Part shown: positions 61,215-64,000 of the stretch, in pieces
Layout: each line of letters opens with the position of its first letter
How positions within the stretch are numbered: the stretch's first letter is position 1
Source: Planctomycetaceae bacterium UBA2972
GTDB lineage: Bacteria > Planctomycetota > Planctomycetia > Pirellulales > Pirellulaceae
Assembly: GCA_002348315.1 (NCBI GenBank)
Contig: DEAW01000136.1
Coordinates: forward strand, 15,211-79,210
Length of the DNA stretch: 64,000 nucleotides
Direction: 5' to 3'
Notes under the pieces: generated by a model
What the model saw: only the letters and a program-made list of their open reading frames with translations
The model's database searches: none
What the model was told of the DNA's origin: nothing
Translations under genes and position numbers: made by a program

Positions 61215-64000
61215 ATGAGTAAGCCGTTTCTTGCCATTGGTCTGCTGTTGGTCGCCGTCCAGCACGCTGCAGCCAAACCAAAAATTGACTACGACCGTGA
61301 TATTCGTCCATTGCTGAGTGAAACCTGTTTTGCCTGCCACGGACCCGACGAGCAATCCCGGCAGGCTGACTTCAGGCTTGACATCGCCAACGACCACTTC
61401 CTTCAGCTACTTACTCCCGGTAACCCTGCCAGTAGCGAATTGCTCACACGTCTGACGGCATCAGACCCTGATCTCAAAATGCCTCCGGTTGATTCCAGGA
61501 AACAGCTGTCGGTCGAACAAATTGAAATCATAAAACAGTGGATTAAAGAGGGTGCGGAAATCAAAGGACATTGGGCCTGGAATGCTCCTTCTCGCCCCGA
61601 GTTACCTCGAATTCAACAGAAACGCTGGGCACGCGGCGCGATTGATTACTTTATTAAGGCGGGATTAGATTTTCAAAAGATGCGGCCATCCAATCAGGCC
61701 GATCGATTAACGCTGATACGCCGTGTGTCACTTGATTTACGGGGTCTGCCGCCGACGATTGAAGAAGTGGATCAGTTTCTTCAGGACCCGTCAGAACAGG
61801 CCTATGCATCCATGATCGAACGGATGCTTGGATCAAAACATTATGGCGAACGGATGGCACAGGATTGGCTTGATCTTTCGCGCTATGGTGATACCAATGG
61901 GTACCACGCAGATAGCCATCGAGATATGTGGCTCTATCGGGATTATGTTATTAACGCTTACAACAACAATAAGCCGTTTGATCGATTCATTCTGGAGAAC
62001 ATGGCAGGTGACTTATTGCCCGATGCAACGCAGGAAACGCAAATCGCTTCAGGGTTTAATCGCAACGTCACATTTAATGAAGAAGGTGGTGCCGATCCGG
62101 ATGAGTTTTATGTGGCCTATGCAGTGGATCGGGCCAACACCACAGGGCAGGTGTTTCTGGGACTGACAGTGGGTTGTGCTCAATGTCACGACCATAAATA
62201 TGATCCGATTAGTCAGCGAGAGTATTATCAACTGTACGCTTTCTTTAACAGCGTACAGGATGAAATCGGAGCAGGAGGAGCAACCGGTTATCACAACAAA
62301 CCACTGCCTCCGCTACTCAAAGTGGAAACTGACGAGTACAGGCAACAAGTCGGCGATCTGACACAACAGGCAGCGTCGTTAAAAATTCAGATTGCCGAGT
62401 TGGCAGAAACTCTCAAAGCGGATCGCACTAAAGTCGAACAAGCCTATGCTGCCTGGCTCCCGGAGTTTTTGTCTCAGGGAACTCAAGTCGATTCGTTCTC
62501 AGAGGATTTGCAGCTGTGGTTATCCGCAGACGATATCAACGGCGATGGAATAGTGGACACTGAACAGGAGTTTAGCCCGCCTGAGAAAATCATAGTTTGG
62601 AAAGATCGTTCGGTACATGGGCGTGAAGCGAAAGCAACCGGAACTCCGATGTATCTGGCCGATGGCCTGAATGGCAAACCTGCAATTCACTTAAATGGAA
62701 CGACGGACTTTTTGCGTACTTCTGCCGGAGGTGAAAATCTTCACAATGACTATTCGATTGTGAGTGTCATTTCTTATGACAATTTGGCTGGAAATCAAAT
62801 GCCGATCATGTGGGGTGCGGAATCGCGCGGGAAGCGTCGTTCGATGTGGAAAGTCGCTACATCAAACATGCTCAGTTTTAACGGGCATGGAGCAGATGTG
62901 GTTGGCAATAAACCGATTGTCCTCAACGAAGCACATATTGGTATGGTGACTCAGGATTCCGACAAACGTATTCGTCTTTATATGAATGGGGAAGCGGGAG
63001 GCGAAGGGATACCGTCGATCGTTTCCATTCATGATTTGAAGCCGAATCCCATCACGATTGGTGCTAATAATGCCGGGAATGAAAAAACCTATGGCTCCTT
63101 CGCAGAAGTCATGATCTTCAATCGTGTTCTTTCCGACACCGAACGATCAAGAATCACTCGATATCTGGCCGGCAAATACAAGATTAAGTCCAAACTGGCT
63201 GCTTACCCGGAAAAAATTGCCGCGATCAATAAGACGCCGAATGCTGATTGGACAGACGAGCAAAAGCAGGCCGTCTTTGATTTTTATGTGGAAAATGAAT
63301 TCCTAATCTCCAATGCAGACCTGCGTACATTAAAGACGGAATTAGCAGCGATCCAGGGGAAAGTGAATTCCTTATCGTCATCCGTGCCGACGACGATGGT
63401 GATGGTTCAAAAATCTGATCCGAATCCCGCATTTGTATTGATGCGTGGTGATTTTCAGGACCCGGGTGAACAAGTGCAACCGGATGTACCTTCGATTTTT
63501 CCTCGCATGCCGGAAGGCCAGCCAGGTAATCGGCTGGGACTTGCTCACTGGCTTATAGACCCTAGCCATCCGTTAGTTTCACGCGTGGTTGTTAATCGAT
63601 TATGGAAACAGCTCTTTGGAACAGGCCTTGTGAAGACACTGGGGGATTTGGGTACGCAGGGAGAACGTCCGAGTCATCCGGAACTACTGGATTGGCTGGC
63701 GGTAGAGTTTGTGGAATCTGGATGGGACGTGAAGCATATTCAGAAATTAATACTGCTGTCAGCGACGTATCAGCAGCAATCTCAAACTATTGGTATCTAT
63801 GACGAGATTGATCCCGACAACAGGCTACTTTCCCGCTCTCCGCGTTTCCGGTTGTCCGCCGAGGAAATTCGAGATAATGCTCTGGCAATCAGTGGACTAC
63901 TAACACGCAAGACCGGAGGTCCCAGCGTTCGTCCTTATCAGCCGGAAGGATTTTATTCGGACAAGATTGGTCGAGGCTGGGATCAAAGCCGGGGCGAAGA
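61215..64000 (+). CDS. PSCyt1 / DUF1549 / LamG-like / DUF1553 protein, 3' end beyond the window; absent from the ORF track
   Basis: My translation of frame 0 from ATG 61215 is open to nt 64000. It reads MSKPFLAIGLLLVAVQHAAA...CFACHGPDEQSRQADFRLD...KMPP...YGERMAQDWLDLSRYGDTNGYHAD...GCAQCHDHKYDPIS...LQLWLSADDINGDG...FAEVMIFNRVLSDTERS...HPLVSRVVVNRLWKQLFGTGLVKTLGDLG...HPELLDWLA. The track presumably omits it because no stop is reached. Confidence 0.9.
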   Translation, partial: MSKPFLAIGLLLVAVQHAAAKPKIDYDRDIRPLLSETCFACHGPDEQSRQADFRLDIANDHFLQLLTPGNPASSELLTRLTASDPDLKMPPVDSRKQLSVEQIEIIKQWIKEGAEIKGHWAWNAPSRPELPRIQQKRWARGAIDYFIKAGLDFQKMRPSNQADRLTLIRRVSLDLRGLPPTIEEVDQFLQDPSEQAYASMIERMLGSKHYGERMAQDWLDLSRYGDTNGYHADSHRDMWLYRDYVINAYNNNKPFDRFILENMAGDLLPDATQETQIASGFNRNVTFNEEGGADPDEFYVAYAVDRANTTGQVFLGLTVGCAQCHDHKYDPISQREYYQLYAFFNSVQDEIGAGGATGYHNKPLPPLLKVETDEYRQQVGDLTQQAASLKIQIAELAETLKADRTKVEQAYAAWLPEFLSQGTQVDSFSEDLQLWLSADDINGDGIVDTEQEFSPPEKIIVWKDRSVHGREAKATGTPMYLADGLNGKPAIHLNGTTDFLRTSAGGENLHNDYSIVSVISYDNLAGNQMPIMWGAESRGKRRSMWKVATSNMLSFNGHGADVVGNKPIVLNEAHIGMVTQDSDKRIRLYMNGEAGGEGIPSIVSIHDLKPNPITIGANNAGNEKTYGSFAEVMIFNRVLSDTERSRITRYLAGKYKIKSKLAAYPEKIAAINKTPNADWTDEQKQAVFDFYVENEFLISNADLRTLKTELAAIQGKVNSLSSSVPTTMVMVQKSDPNPAFVLMRGDFQDPGEQVQPDVPSIFPRMPEGQPGNRLGLAHWLIDPSHPLVSRVVVNRLWKQLFGTGLVKTLGDLGTQGERPSHPELLDWLAVEFVESGWDVKHIQKLILLSATYQQQSQTIGIYDEIDPDNRLLSRSPRFRLSAEEIRDNALAISGLLTRKTGGPSVRPYQPEGFYSDKIGRGWDQSRGE

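Noticed and set aside
61173-61397. 74-aa minus-strand ORF in the lactonase/PSCyt intergenic area
   Set aside because: It is antisense to the 5' end of the strongly supported + strand PSCyt gene starting at 61215, whose CFACH heme motif lies in this stretch.
1-64000. Search for CRISPR arrays, tRNA/rRNA genes, IS elements, integrases, phage genes and known defence genes
   Set aside because: I saw no regularly spaced direct repeats. I saw no cloverleaf-like or rRNA-like sequences in the short intergenic gaps. No ORF has transposase DDE, tyrosine or serine recombinase, or nuclease/ATPase defence motifs that I recognise. The only interspersed repeat noted is the short conserved 3' end of the YgcG paralogues.

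Overview
This is a 64-kb chromosomal segment of roughly 50% G+C, densely coding on both strands, with about 43 protein-coding genes. It contains six type-I sulfatase genes and five giant PSCyt/DUF1549/DUF1553 proteins, four of them followed by Tat-signal DUF1501 partners. It also encodes 'membrane-bound dehydrogenase'-HEAT-cytochrome c fusions of the Pirellula/Verrucomicrobium type. This content is what I would expect from a Planctomycetota genome, but that is inference, since no rRNA or tRNA anchors it. I recognise no tRNA, rRNA, CRISPR array, transposase, integrase or phage gene. One RpoD-family sigma factor gene is followed by a textbook intrinsic terminator. About one third of the window (~22 kb) is the functionally uncharacterised PSCyt/PSD + DUF1501 two-gene module, and three copies sit next to sugar or cyclitol oxidation enzymes (MIOX, an SMP-30 lactonase, a Tat-exported TIM-barrel isomerase-like protein). 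A three-gene minus-strand operon (15285->6473) encodes a 1639-aa SGNH/propeller/HEAT/PA14/cupredoxin/cytochrome c fusion, a PQQ-like propeller and a second dehydrogenase-HEAT-cytochrome c protein. Smaller items are a methyltransferase pseudogene with two in-frame stops and no frameshift, a relic of a PQQ-propeller gene fused by TAATG to the MIOX start, and an AT-rich islet of three orphan ORFs, one absent from the ORF track. Others are a C10 homopolymer in a divergent promoter region, a sulfatase with a non-canonical C-H-S-S-R active-site motif, and tandem YgcG/TPM paralogues with a conserved GGGATGSW tail. All functional calls rest on motifs read by eye. No database search was run.
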